From Vicugna vicugna (lineage: Eukaryota): a stretch of 64,000 nucleotides of DNA. Where the stretch lies: positions 620,001-684,000 of the forward strand of contig MU058221.1 in the NCBI GenBank assembly GCA_013265495.1, given 5' to 3'. Below the pieces are notes generated by a model, which was given only the letters and a program-made list of their open reading frames with translations, searched no databases and was not told the origin of the DNA. Positions 23,121 to 37,254 of the stretch are shown piece after piece; positions within the stretch are counted from its first letter, which is position 1; each line of letters starts with the position of its first letter. The position numbers were made by a program, and so were the translations under genes.

Positions 23121-26100
23121 TTTATACAAATTTATTATTTCTATGTGTGTGTCTTTGTTTTCCAGTATGTGCGAAACAGAAACCACGGCAAATGATAAAG
23201 GTATATCATTGAGAAGAAAACAATAATTTACTAGAAAATACTAGAAAATGATAAGAAACATGTCACTTAGAGTCAAAAATGTCAACTCAAGTCTTAGCAA
23301 GATTTATAACTTTGGAGATGCCATTAGGTTTCTTTCAATTTGGGTTTCTCTAAATCTATCAAATGAGTACATATCAGTTGTCCTTGTTTTATCACAATGT
23401 CACGGTGAAAAGCAAATTAGATAAGGCGACATCCTTTAGATTATAAATAGTAGTAGCGATTTTAAATATCATGATTCAACTTGGCAAGTTCATATTGCTA
23501 ATGTCAGTAATTCAAATATTAAATCCCCCTGGACTTCTAAGGCTGCCTTCATCTGTTCCTTAATTTAATGTAGACTACCAATATCTGAAAAAGTTGGCCT
23601 TCAAAATCAAAATAATAAACCTGCTGTGATTCTGAGAGCCAACATAGTGATTGCTTCTTCACGTAACATGATGCAGAGGCTTTCAGAGGGAGATGGTTCT
23701 GCTCTGGGCTGCTCTACCTCATCAGTCTGAAGGTCCATGAGGGACATTCTGATCCCTCCAGGAAGAGAGTTCAGCATGGAAGCCGGATGGACGTGACTCA
23801 CCCTGCGTTGTTTGTAGCATTGCTACTTCTCCTGTTTGTATAAAGTATTATGTTGTTAAATATTTCAAAGCAGCTCCTAAATCTGATTTTCTATTATCTG
23901 CTCTCCTGAGTGATCTATTACACAACTTCAAACCATCCAATTCTATGACACTGTGATTCATTAGTGCGAACAATCATGACTTAATTGAACTAGCTTTCTC
24001 TCTCTTTATATAGACATATATCCCACATAGTCACACTGTTTTCATCGTTGCCTGATGAATAAATTGAACCCTATCTGACTTTCAAAGTCATCTACACAGT
24101 ACTTCATAGTTGATAGCTGTTAATGAGCCAATTAAACAAAATATGTTATGCAACCTCCTTGAGAATGTGCAAAGCACAAGTGACCTTATAAAGCGTGGAA
24201 CAAAGAACATAGCTCGTGTTCTCGGATGTGCCCGTGAGAGACGTGTGGGAGGAACAGAGAGGCAGAAGGGAATACGACACATTTGTCTCACTGGTCAACT
24301 TTGGCTTGAAATAACCCTTGAAAGGCCCACTTTTTCTTTCCTGCATACATTCTGCATTTCCACATTGTTGGAAGAACCTCGAACCTGGTAAACCCCTGCA
24401 TGCATTAAGGAGTAACTCCAGGATCTAAACCAAAAGGAAGCATCAGTCTTTGCAATTGATTTTAGCCTCTAATCCAGATTGATCAAAGAGCACACAACAG
24501 GGCCAAAAGCAGTTAAGACTTTCTCCATTTAAAATGCTACAACCTTAACATAACAGTAGAATTTCAGTGTCTGCAGAAAAATGGTGAAACTCAAGATTCA
24601 AGGAGAAGAACTGATACTTGCAACTTAATACAATCAATTTAAAGCTAATAATAATTTTAATCAGTGTTTAAAGGATGAGTAACCTGATCTGGCAATTACA
24701 GTACGTTTTTCAAGCTGACGAAGCCGTCCCTGGAAAGTGACCCGGTTTTCCTGCCTGCTCAGAATGCACGGTGGTTATGCTGATACTTCAAAAACCAAGG
24801 GTAGAGACAGAACGCAGGTTGTAATTCAGGCTTTCTTTTTTCTCTCTGTCTTTTTCTGCCCCTTTCTCTCTCTCTCCCTCTCTCACTAACACAGCATAGT
24901 CTTGGGTCTTTCAAGATGTTTTAGTCTTGCCTCCAATAAGGTGCAGCTGAGGCAGGTGACGTATGGATCTCCAAAGCTCAGTCACCATTCGGCATTCCGT
25001 AATGTTGGCACGAGATACAATGTGCTGCCGACAGATGCAGGAAGGTAGAGGTGGGATGGAATTCGGGGCTTGGGCATTCTTTTGAGAATTTTTCTTCAAT
25101 GTTTTGTTCCCCCTGTTCTTTTTACGGTAGCGTAACCTGCAGGTCATCGTTGTCATATTTTAAATCACAGTGAGACCGCCAAAGACTCTCTGGAGTTCAT
25201 GCCACATAGAATAACATATCGCTGCCTCCCTAACCCGTGTATTTGCTAACTATGGGGCCATGATATAACAGACCTCTGCATTTCCACGAAATTTCCTGTA
25301 CGATTACTATCCTGAAAGAAAAAAATATGCAAGAATATAGTCTTTTTTTTTTTTTTTGGTGATAATTGTGCTGTCAACAGAAGATTTGTGTATAGTCTTT
25401 TCCAAATTATGCTTTTTTTCCCCCTGGAAATCTTTTAAACATGCAATTGAACATAAAGGGTAAATGCCATTCAAATCCAAAAATCAAGCGAACCCACATT
25501 AAAACATCTGAGATTTCAGCAACATTAAAAATTGTCCATTATATTTGTTCAAAATTAAACTGAGCAGAATTTGGAAGCATTCCACTTCGAATATTGCCCA
25601 TAATGTCAAATGCTTATAATAAACCAAAAATTCTGAATTTATAACGAGTTTAATTCTTCCACCTTGTGTTTTCCCCAATTCAAGCAGCTCCATTTCATAG
25701 TTACTGGAAGTCTACCACATGCCACTAAAATGAAGATTATTGATGGCCTGGATTTATTTCCTAAAGGAGACAAAGACCATTTGGGAAATAGATTCAAAAG
25801 TAAAAGTATGATTGGGGGGAAAGATTATTTTGTATATGTGTGTATGTGTGTATGCATGATTCACAGGATGACTTTAAAGGAAGATTATAATGTGTTTCTT
25901 GCTTTACTTAATGCACTTATAAAATGTGGAAATACAATTCAAAAGAAATATACTGAGGAAGAAAGTTAGTATTTTTAATCACAAAACTGATTCAGCCTTG
26001 GTTTTTAAAAAAAAAGGTTCTGGGAACTCTAATTTTGTCTGGGAAGTGCTCCCAGCCTAGGTAATATTGCATAAGCTTAAGGAAATGATAACTGTAAAAC

Positions 26101-27869
26101 GATGTCTTGCAACAGTATGACCATGTATTATTTAAAATAAGCCTGCAGTGGGCAACTGGTAATTGTCCCATTTACTGCAATATATATAAATAACTAATCG
26201 AGGGTTACAGTGGAAGCTGGGGAAAGGTATCTTAAGAACTTAATTTAAAAGTAGATTTCAAAATTGACATTTTCTCCCTTACTGAGAGTTTCAAGCAAAT
26301 TGTGACAGAAAATACAGATAGAGATCCTCTGAAAGGCACGTGCCAAAAATAATTTCACCCAGCAGCCGTCAGCCGCATGCTGCTGGCCACTGAAGTATGT
26401 GCATGTCTTAGACGGAACCGTCCTAACTCCAAGCAAGGTTATCCTGGGCCGCTCGAGCCTGGGGTGAATCATTCTGCACATTTCACCCACAAGATACATG
26501 GCACCTTTGATTTGCTCGATGCAGTTTCTTCATATTGTCTAAGAAACATATGCCCATAAAATTATTCAGCACTTTGGGGAAGTTTTTCATCACAGACAGA
26601 GGAAACTTTCGAATATTCTCTCTGAGCTACGGTCTTTTCTGATTGGCAGATTTAACCCATTCTTGGGGAACCTTCCCAAGAAATCTCCTACATTCTGAAG
26701 CCTGCCCATTCATGCACAACCAGCCCCTCGATAGTCTATAATAAGATAAATCCTTGTAATTAATGTAGATCAGTTTTATTTAATACTCACTGCATTCTAC
26801 TGTGATTCATTCAGCACATACTGATTTAACACCTGTAATAACATTGTATCGATAAAGTATCATGACGTAAGCATTACAGTGAGCCACTTGTAAGCATTCT
26901 TTCTTTTAATTCTCATCAAAGCACTTTCAAGTACTCTACTCACGTTCAGCACAGAACTTGGCTGCTATTTGCCTGCTGCTAATGAAGCGACAGAGCTGCT
27001 TTTCTATACGGAGCTGCTGGGTTTGGGGCCGTACATCTTATTCCATCTTTTTGTTGATTCCCAGTAATGGACCCAGAAGTTACAGAGATAAAAGACACAG
27101 TCCTCGCCCTCAGAGAACTCACATTATAATAATAGAAATTACTTATGAAAAAGATATTTTAAATAGAATATAAAATTAATGCGTGTCCCACTCTCTGTTG
27201 CCCATTTGGAGAGAGGGGTCTTAGCATGTCCACTTTCCCATAAAGGATGCTAAGGACATGGGTAAGTAGATAAATCACATTTTGTAATAACAGAGTTTGA
27301 CAGGCTAATACTCTGGATTGCATGAAAACAAATTGCACGTCACGTGGGGAAAAGCTTGGAGCTGCGATTCAGGAGAAGATACTCAGTCAGTATCAAGAAG
27401 GCGCTTGTACCGTAGGAACAAAACACTGGGCAGAGGAGATTCCTGGTCTAAGCCAGAAGCCTCTGTCAATCTCATCATTTGACTCTTCTCCCATTTAATA
27501 ACAGGATGGAGGTTTATTCCCAATTGACCCACTTCAACCATTGGCATTGTTGTCATGATCTCTGAGCCTCTTGATAAAAAAGAGAAAAATGATGCCGACC
27601 CTATGAATTTGATATAAATAAAATTGTTTGTGTGAGACACTAGCTGCAGCTCCCAGTACACAACTTGTGCCTGATAAATGATTGTTTGTGTGAAGTGGGC
27701 TCTAATAGGTCCTTCCTACATGCTCTGACAACGTCTCAGAGCAAATCCAGGATGGTAGAAAGAAGGTGCACCTCTTCATAGTGAAGGGAAATGGTCCACT
27801 GTGGCTTTCTCTCTTGGACTCCACAAGGCTCGCAGTAAACAGACGCCTCAGTGAAAGGCAGACCTGCCT

Positions 27870-28080
27870 ACTGGTTAAGAGCTTGCATGCTGAGATAGAG
27901 GGCCTCTTTCAAATCCCGCTTTTATTCATTCCTGTTTTGTGACCCTCAATATATTTTTTAAGTTTTTATGTGTCTCAGTTCCACCATCTACAAAGGAAGG
28001 TTCCTGCCTAGTTAGTTGTATTAAATGATTACAATCAGGAAGGGGCTTAGACCAGCGTTGGCGTGAACTGAACACCTTAG
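27870..28080 (+). mobile_element. MIR SINE
   Basis: tggttaagagc...ttcaaatccc...tgtgaccctc...tgtgtctcagttccaccatctacaaa. Confidence 0.7.
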
Positions 28081-28719
28081 AAACAGGAGACTAATGTCGT
28101 CTTTGTGCGGACGGCCACCTGCAGACTCATGCTCTGAAGTTCAAATTCTCCTACTTGATTCATTTTAAAGCTCAAGCTCTAAACCAGAACCTTACAGCAT
28201 AAGGGTCGCTAAGGCGTAAAGGAAGTTTATTAATGGATGGACATCAGGAGCTTAGAAAGCTCAGTAGTTTCCCTTTATCGGAGCATCCACGGTGCCTAAA
28301 TGCCAACAAAGAAAGAAAACGGAAAGCTCTTTCTCTCATAAAGGAGCTAGAAATGGAGACATGTACAAAAGAAAATATATATAAAAAGAACATATAAAAT
28401 ATTTAAATAGTGTGAGCCCACTGAAGATTAGCATTTTATGAAAAATGAATTAAAGAAGATGTGCCAGGTAGATTGAGTCTTGAAGAATTACTAGGAATTC
28501 ACTAAACAAGGATGGGTGGTGAGGACTGCTGCACATGGCATGTCCAGCACAGATGCACGGCTTGCAAGGTGAGTGGTGGCCGAATCCCAGCCCGTCGTCT
28601 GGTCTAATCACAGACCTATGAACATTGCCCAGTTCTCCTGGGGACAGTGCCAGACTCTAAGTTTACTCAAAGGCAATGTATTGGGAGGTGAGGGGCAATG
28701 ACTTTTTGAGGATTTGCTG

Positions 28720-28880
28720 CACTTTTAATTGTAGCCATCAGTGGATATAAAGGGGTGTTTTTTGTGGTTTTGATCTGGATTCCTCTAATAGCTAATGGTG
28801 TTAAGTATCTTTTCATGAGTTTGTTGGCTGTGCATATAAACGCATATCTTTGGATAAACGTTGATTTGAAGCCCCTGCCA
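28720..28880 (-). mobile_element. L1 ORF2 fragment
   Basis: gtggttttgatctggattcctctaatagctaatggtgttaagtatcttttcatg; minus frame LMKRYLTPLAIRGIQIKTT resembles L1 ORF2 MKKCSSSLAIREMQIKTT. Confidence 0.8.
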
Positions 28881-30001
28881 GGTGAAATACAGAAAAGAAA
28901 TATATAGAGGCTTTTTTTTTTGCTTCTGTGTGTGTGTGTGTGTGTGTATGTTTGCTTTAAAGATATAGACACTACTTTATTCGTGTACAATCTGTTGTAG
29001 AAATAAGAGCACAAATTTAAAAATTTTGTTATATAACTACTTGTTTCTTAAAGAATTTTATCTCTAAAATAAAAAAAAGGGAACACTCGCTAGCCAGAAA
29101 CTGGGTGACTGTTTCACCTTGATTCTCAGTGCTTCCATTTTTTGTCTATTTTTTTCCAATTTAGGTATAATTCATATACCATAAAAGTCATCATTTAAAG
29201 CATACAATTCAGTGTTTTTTAGTATATTCACAGTCATACAATCATCATTATCTAATTTCAGAATGCTTTCATCACTCCAAAAAGAAGACTTGAGCCTATT
29301 AACATTTATTCCTCATTCCCCTTCTTTCCCAGGCATTCACAACCACTAATTCACTTTCTGTCTCCATAAATCTACCTATTCTGGACATTTATGTAGCTGA
29401 AATCAAACAATACGTGAACTTTTGTGTCTGAGTTCTTTTACTAGTCTAACATTTTCAAGGCTCGCACATTTTGTAGCATGCACCTGCACTTCATGTCTTT
29501 TTATGGACTAATGTTATTCCAATGTACCGCCATATTGAATTGTATTTTTTCCATTATTTGATGGACGTTTGGGTTGCTTCCACTTCAGCTATTATTAATA
29601 ATACTGCTATTAACATACATATATGAGTTCTTTTATGGGTATATTTTTTAAATATTCTGAAGTTTATAGCCTGGAGTGGAATTGCTGAGTCATATGGTAA
29701 CTATGTTTAACTTTTTGAGGACCTGGCAAGCTTGTTTTCTACAGTGGCTGCACCATTTTGATTCCTACCAGCAATATATCAGAGTTGCAATTTCTCCTCA
29801 TCCTAGCTAAAACGTTATTTTCTGTTTAAAAATTCATAGCCATTAAAATGGGTATAAAGTATTTCTTTGTGTTTTTGATTTGCATTTCTCTGATAACTAA
29901 TATAAGCATCTTTTAATGTATTTATTGGTCATGCTTATATCTTCTTTGGATAAATGCTGATTCAAGTCCTTGGCCTATTTTTCAATTGGGTAATTTGTCA
30001 T

Positions 30002-30136
30002 ATATATTTTTTAGATTATTTTCCAGTATAGGTTATTACAACAGTTTAAATACAGTTCCTTGTGCTACATAGCAGATTCATGTTGTTTATCTATTTTATA
30101 TATAGTAGCGTGTATCTGTTAATCCCAAATTCCCAA
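30002..30136 (-). mobile_element. Short artiodactyl-type L1 3'UTR inserted into the older L1
   Basis: ataggttattacaac...gttccttgtgcta...tatctattttatatatagtagcgtgtatctgttaatcccaaattccca; TSD gggtaatttgtcat (29988-30001) / gggtcgtttgtcat (30137-30150). Confidence 0.8.
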
Positions 30137-31179
30137 GGGTCGTTTGTCATTTTTATTATGCATTGCAAGAGTACTTGATATATTCTGGCTATTAGATGTT
30201 TAATAGATACATAATTTGCAAATATTTCCCTTTATTGATTACTGTAGCTTTGAAGTAAGTATTGAAATCAGGTAGCGTGAGCCCTCCAAATTTGAAATCG
30301 TTCTTATTTTTTTCAGTATTGTTTTGGTTATTCTGAGTCTCTTGCATTTCCATGTGAATTATAAGATCAGTCTGTCCATTTATGCAAAAAAAAACAGAGT
30401 TGAAATTTTGACACTACATTAAATGTGTGTATAAATTTGGAGACTATTGAATCTTAACAATATTAACTCTTCTAATCTATGAGCAAGACTCTCTTTCCAT
30501 TTAGATTTTTCTTCAGTTTCTTTCAAAATAGTTCATACTTTTCAATGAACAAGTCTTATGCTTGTCTGATTAAATTTCTTCATGTTTTTATTTTCATTTT
30601 GATGCTATTACAAATGAAATTGTTTCCCTTAATTACTTTTCAGATTGTTCATTATTGATGTATAGAATTACAATTGATATGTATCTCGATCTTGGGTTCT
30701 ACAAGCTTATGGTTCATTATTTTGATCAAAGAGTTGCTTGCAGATTCCTTAGGGTTTTCTCTATATAAGATCGTGTCATCTGCAAATAGAGAGAGTTTTA
30801 TTTCTTCCATTCCAAGCTAGATCTCTTTAATTTTATTATCTTGTCTAAGTTCTTTGGCTAAAACCTCCAGTACAAATTAGAAAGTAGGCAACTTTGAGAA
30901 TAGAATTTTTTTAAATACTATAAAGAATACTATGAATCCATGTGTACAAACAACTGTGGAAATTTAGCGATATGAATAAATCTCTTGGGAGCTGCAAACT
31001 TCCAAAACTACCCCAAGGAATCATAGAAAATCTGAGCAGACCTGTAAGAAGTAAAGAGATTGAGTTTATAATTAGAGAATTTCCCTCCAAGTCTTCTCTG
31101 AGGTTGGTGGTTATATCTTCTATTTCATGCCTGATTTTCATAATTTGACTCTTGTCTCTCATTTTCCCCCTTCGTCAAT

Positions 31180-31256
31180 CTACCCTTCTGTATCTGGATG
31201 GGTAGACTTTATGGCTGTGAATTACAGTCACCAGCAAGACATGGAAGAAGTCCTAG
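31180..31256 (+). repeat. 77-bp dispersed duplication, copy 1 (copy 2 at 32983-33059)
   Basis: Direct comparison gives 71/77 identity with no indels. Confidence 0.95.
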
Positions 31257-32982
31257 CTTTGTAATATAATTTGAAATTTGGAAGTATGATACCTCTAGCT
31301 CTGTTCTTTTTTTCTCAGGATTACTTTGGCTATTTGGGGTCTTGTGAGGTTCCACACAAATTTAGAATTCTTTCTTCTGTTTCTATGAGGAAAGCCTTTT
31401 TGGTTAATCTATTTTTTTTTTTTGCCCCAAACATATACCATTTCCCCAGGCAGTTGCAAAGTTTAAAACAATTGCCTGCAAATGTTTTTGGATACAACCC
31501 ATGAGAAGGGATTTTCGCCTTCACAAAGGGGGAGCCAGGTCAATTAAATACAAACTTTTTGAGTAGACTTCTAGACAACCACCAGCCTTTTCAGTTATTA
31601 AGTGTTCTTTGGGAATGAGGCTTTGAGAAAACCCCATGCTCTTTTCTGCTCCTTCCAGTTCCTAGAATACAGGGCATTTCATTTTTATCAAGACTACTGC
31701 CAAATGTAAGAACAGGGGATGGGACTAGGACAAGATAAAATGCCACAAAACACACTGTTACTACTAAGAGTCAGACATTTTTTTTTTAAATAAATGCTCT
31801 GTGGGTTGCAGAGTCTTTGGTTAATTTCAGGAGTGATGAAAACATGGCTTTGAACAATTTTTTGCCAGCTTTTGTTTTGGTTTTATGGAGAGACAAATTT
31901 TCAGAGGACTTGGCCATGTTCACTAATGTCATTCTGTACAGAATATTTAAGCAATAAAATGTGACTCGCCAAAGTGCATGTCAAAAATAGTCAACCTTCC
32001 TACTATGCAGAAAAGCAAACTAAAATAATAATACTGTATACCAGTAAACATTTGGCAAATATTTTTTATTTACTCGTTTTTCTTTCTTTATAGATAATTA
32101 GCCTTTTTCTGCCTGGATATGTATATTTTTTTCTTTTTATACTAATTAACAACTAGCCTGGCTGAGTATGTAACCTTCGTCAAAGACTGTTTTCTAGGAG
32201 TGTGCTAAACTGTTTTCATTTATATGTTACTGTCTTCTTTTCAGCTGAGGGCATTTTATTAAATAAATATGATTTGACCATTTGTATTTATGACCGTATG
32301 TATTTAGCTCCACATTGTTTTTCTTACAAATATCTTATCATTGTGTGCGTTTGCATGTTTCTTCTGCTGTCTGAAAACCTTCACAAGTTTGACCTTCATA
32401 CCAATGACTCAGTATTACACAATGTCTATTTTACGTTTCATTATCTTTAGTGCAGTTTTAAATGTTTTAACAGATATTTTAATTACCCCAATTCACTTTT
32501 ATCTATTTCCTCTTTAATTTCTATTGTCTTATTATCTCAACCTTTATATTGTTCTCAAACATCAATAATCTGTTTCTAACCAGCCTTTGCTAACAGTGTG
32601 AGTGTGCGGATTGCCTTTTTTCATCCAACTTGTGTCCTTGGACCTAGTTGATTGGCATCTTCAAATCTGCAGCTGTGAAGTACATTTGTGTCCACAGTCT
32701 CAAGTACTTCTCACTGCTGCAATTGACTTTATCATGTGGGAAATAGCAGTAATAAAACAACGTGGTCTCTTTTTTACTCCTGCGTAGAATTGTAGACGCT
32801 CAAAGTTATAGACCTTTAGTGTTCCTGGATCTCTCTGTCATTAACCCTACAGCATCCTATTTTTAGTGACTGAATTTCCAAGCATGCACTTTCCTAAATT
32901 TGTCCTGCCCAGTTGATATTTTTCATGTGTCTATCTGCCTTTCCATGTCTGTATCAATCAATCTGTTATGTATGTCTACCAG

Positions 32983-33059
32983 CTACCCTTCTATATCTGG
33001 ATGGGTAGACCTTATGGCTGTGAATTACAGTCACCGAAAGGACATGGAAGAAGTCCTAG
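32983..33059 (+). repeat. 77-bp dispersed duplication, copy 2 (probable donor)
   Basis: ctacccttctatatctggatgggtagaccttatggctgtgaattacagtcaccgaaaggacatggaagaagtcctag. Confidence 0.95.
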
Positions 33060-36000
33060 GTTGGAACAGAGGAAACGAGGGCTTAGACATTAGCCCTAAA
33101 TATGAGAATGACATCAGGTCAATTGTTGCAGATCTGGACTTTCTGTGCCTAAGAGATGCAGAAGCTGAGAATAGCTTTTTCCTACAATCTGAGGTTGGCG
33201 TTCCAAAGGTGTGCCAGCATTAGAGTTAATCAAGTAAGTTCCTTCAAGTTGTGCTTTGAAGGAAAACCAGATACACCAGCAGAAGTTTGACTTGTTTGAC
33301 TGTTTTCAGACCATAATGATACTTCGCTGTTTGCTGTATTTTAATAAATACTTCAGTAGAAATGTGGATGGCAGCACATCCAGGCTGCTAACCAGCTGTC
33401 AGTTCAAACCAGAAACTGTCTCTGAGTCATGTAAACGACATTCGTGCATCAAAATTGAAGATTTATCTTACTCTATTGTAGGACCATCAGCCAGGCTTTC
33501 CCACAGAGTGAATAGCAGACGAGATGCCCCCTTCAGTGTCCAGTAAATATGAAGCTGAAGAAGACTAACATAAAATGTAGACAGTGCAGCCGTCCACAGC
33601 TCACCCAGAGGTTGAGTTTTGAAGGAATAGTGTTTTAAGAAGTGGATTATTGGATTAATACTTGTTCTATTTATAAAAGACAATAAAAATAAGCTGGGTT
33701 CTGTGTTTATTAGTTTTAGTAAGATTTTTTTAAAGTTTCTTCAGACTAAGTGGAGTTTGAGGTTATATTTAGTTTTTATTTCACAAAAAATGTGACATGC
33801 TTCATAGCAAATAAGATGATACAGTTGTGGTGGCAATGACTCTAAACACTACTTGAAATCCCTTTATAAACTTGTCATAAAATATGTTGTATATTATTCT
33901 GTCATATATGCAAGTAGGAGTCAAATGTGATGATAAGAATCCGACTTTAAAACTATTATGACTTTGCTTTAAATGAAGACGGATGAGCAGTCAAGCTAGT
34001 CTCTCCTAGGGTCGTTCTAACGCGTGATGCGGTCCTTTTCAAGAACGGATTCCATTTATTTCAAATTCTTTTTTTCCCCAGCACTATGTTTATCAGTGAA
34101 GCCTCTGACATTTACATAAAGCAAAAGGCATTTTCAATTCTCTCAGAACCATTTTTTGAAAAGAAAGACGCCGCAGCCAGTGGAAATATTAATTAGACAC
34201 ACGTCTAACATACATGGCTTGTCACTGAGTTACAGTACTTAGCAGGACTCACACTGTCTTCGGAAGACAGGACAATTCTTTCGCTGCTTGGGTTTAACTT
34301 GGGACGTTAACTGCTCTAATTTGTAGCAATGCAGATTATGCACAGGCTGCAACGGATTTGCATATTTTAAATACTTTGAAAAATATTTCACCAAATGATT
34401 CCTTAATGGAACGTAGTTTAATTCACAAGTTGAAAGATGGGATAACGGTTTCAGCCCCCATCACTCTCCTGGTGCTTGAAGTAGAGCTGAAAAATAAGAC
34501 AAGCTGTGCATCAGAAACAGATACAGGAACAACTCTCGTCATAAGAAGAAAGATACACTGTCGTGTTTTTGTTCGTTTATAACAAATGTGCAGGAATTCT
34601 TGTGTTTCTCGGGGGAATAGTATTAATTCTATTTTGCTACACTGAATTCAGGGATGTCACTGAATGTATGTCTAAATGGCCCTGAAGTGTTACATGAATA
34701 GAAACAATAGGAGAAACGTCATACACGTGAACATGGTGTGTACATCCTCCACTTCTGCTAGTTTTAAGTTGCGTGATATTTTGAGATAACTCTTTCATTG
34801 GTCAAATTGTTCATGGATGGCTACTTTATTTGCAAAACTAGTCTTTGAGAAAACAGACTGTGCGTTTTCTTATTACCAGGTCTAAGTCAGATTTGTGAGC
34901 ACCAAAATTCGTATTGATTTATCATTTTGTGAAGAAACATTTTTTTCTCTCCTTTCTGTTTACCCTAAAAATAATTAGTTTGAACAACAGCAATGAAAAC
35001 AACAATACAGCCACCCTAAGGTGGGTATTGACAGCAGTTGCAATCAATTCCCTTTTCCATGGGTTATTTGTTGAGCAGCACCCAGGTGGTCTGAAAAGCA
35101 TTATGTATTTCCTATGCATTAGTGTGTACACAGCATAAAAAGTAGGATATAGAAATAGAACAAAGGGCAACTCTATACTGATTTAAGTGCATAATAAAGA
35201 CTTCTTTCAAACATGTAGCAAATCACTTTGTTGTTTATAACAGAAGCATCAATAAATCATGCCACAGATAGGGAGTCTATATATTTTTTCTCAAATCTTA
35301 CATTTCAACAGCAGTTTATCAGTTTGGAAATGTATTCTGGATGTTTTTTAAAAAATGCTCTAGACCTCATTTTCTGATAATGCTACATCCTGACAAACTG
35401 TCCAACTTTTTGCCATTGTGGGCGACTGCTGAGCCAACTAAATACCCTCCTAGACCAGTCAGGTGTACTCGTCTCTGGGAGCAACACTCCGAGTGACAGC
35501 TACAAAGTCCACCAGGAAATGTACAAAGGCACATGGAGTCAACTTTTTGGTCTTATTTTTAAATAATCAAGTGAGTGAAAACTGGTATCTGTATCCCATG
35601 CTGGTGGAGTCCCTGTCCTGCAGTCCACACGTGTTCTTGGGAAGATCTGAGGATAACAACTGTGATTACATCTGCGTTTCCCCTTTCCTTGTATTTTATC
35701 TTTTTGCTTATTTACTCCTTGCTGTGCTTCACGAAGATAAGTAGATGACGAAAGGATACCTCTTCTCTGGTGGGCCTCCTCTCACTGAATTTTCTGTCCT
35801 AATTTCCGCTTCTCTTTGGGCTTCCCATAAAATTCCAGGAATACCGACGTGCCCTTTAGGGTTTCGGTTGTTGCTTTTCCCAATTGGCTGTCTTGGTTCA
35901 ATTTTTCACTCCAGTTTTATTTATCGATCACCTATGGCATGATTAATATTGGCCCACGTGCTTAGAGGGCCCCAGATCCCCAAACTCAAAAGACCTTATT

Positions 36001-37254
36001 ACTTTGCTCCATTTCCTTCTTTTCTTGAGTTTTGTCGTAGAAATAGTTATTAAATTCAAATACAGTTTAAAAGTTAATGGTTATAGTGAGTTTTTACAGC
36101 TTTCCCTGTTGAAGACAACCTTACAACTTTATTTAAAGTCAACTTTACCTAAGGAAGGACCTATTCTGAAAGGACACCAGTCATACACAGGATGTAGGTC
36201 AGCGCAGAAAATTGCTGCTGGCTTAGTAAATTAAGTACTGATAAACCAGGTGTGAACACATGCACATGCGCTGTCTGTGTCTCTCATCTTATCTAAAAAA
36301 TCAAAATAGAGAAATGTAATATTAAGCCCATCTCTTTGTTTCTGACATTAATGTCAGAGAGAAAAAACTTCTATTTTGAAAGGACATATTCATCCTTTTC
36401 TTACAAGAACTTTATTACTTCGCATGATATGTTGCACACTGGTTCTCAGAAAAGAAACACAAACATCTTGTTGCAAATGCTGTACACACAACCCCAGCAA
36501 TATCTCGCCGTTTTAATTTATATTTTTTTTTCCTTTCTACTGTTTAGGAGGCCAGCTTGTTGCTGGAATAATTCCAAGCCTCTATACATCCTCAAGAAGG
36601 AAAAATAACTCAGGAATCAGTTGATATATTGAGGATTATTGTTTTAATAATTTATAACTTTTCAACTTTTCTCAGTGCATCTATCTGATTGATGTAAAAA
36701 CGCTGTGTTTGTATATATGCGTTTTTGGTAAATATGTCCAGATTTGTTCATTATTTTCTTCATGAGCAGATGGGAAAATTCTAAGCCCTTTAATTTTTCC
36801 ATAAAATGAATGTCAGCACGGTGGGAATTTTATGGTGCACAAAAACGCCACAAAATTTAGCAGGGATGTGTTTTAGCTCCCCAGGTCCCCAGTAGGCCAC
36901 CCCGTGGAGCAAAGGATCGCCTCAAGCAGAAGCTGCGGGGTGGGGGACGTGCTAGGGGGGCGGAGAAATGCTTGCTTTTCCTTAAGATGCCAAGTCTAAG
37001 AGATGCTGAAGAATTCGCCCACATAGGCAAAAGCCATACAGCAAGTGGAAAATCCGCTGCACGTTTCACCAGCCGTTGGTTTCAACAGTGGAGGCCAGCA
37101 AGAGCCAGAACAGGAGGAAGGCAGCCCCACGTCAGGAACAGCTAGTCCTGGCAGATCCTAGATCCCCAAGCGATGCAAGTCCCTGTTCTCGTTCTATTTC
37201 TTAATGAGCATGTAGTAAAGAACAGGAGCAGTAACACTCCTCTTACTGTGCTAT

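Larger units (their letters stand above)
29150..31930 (-). mobile_element. Rearranged old L1MB-like element (3' end at left, 5'UTR-like at ~31400-31930) with nested insertions and an inverted ORF2 segment
   Basis: Antisense L1MB 3' end from 29150; ORF2 pieces to ~30880; sense ORF2 piece ~30915-31090 (KLPKLPQGIIENLSRPVRSKEIE resembles [21 protein letters not shown]); 5'UTR-like aaatgccacaaa...tttggttaatttcaggagt...ttttatggagag. Confidence 0.8.

Noticed and set aside
34254..34270. Perfect palindrome CTGTCTTC-G-GAAGACAG
   Set aside because: An 8-bp-arm palindrome is expected about once by chance in 64 kb
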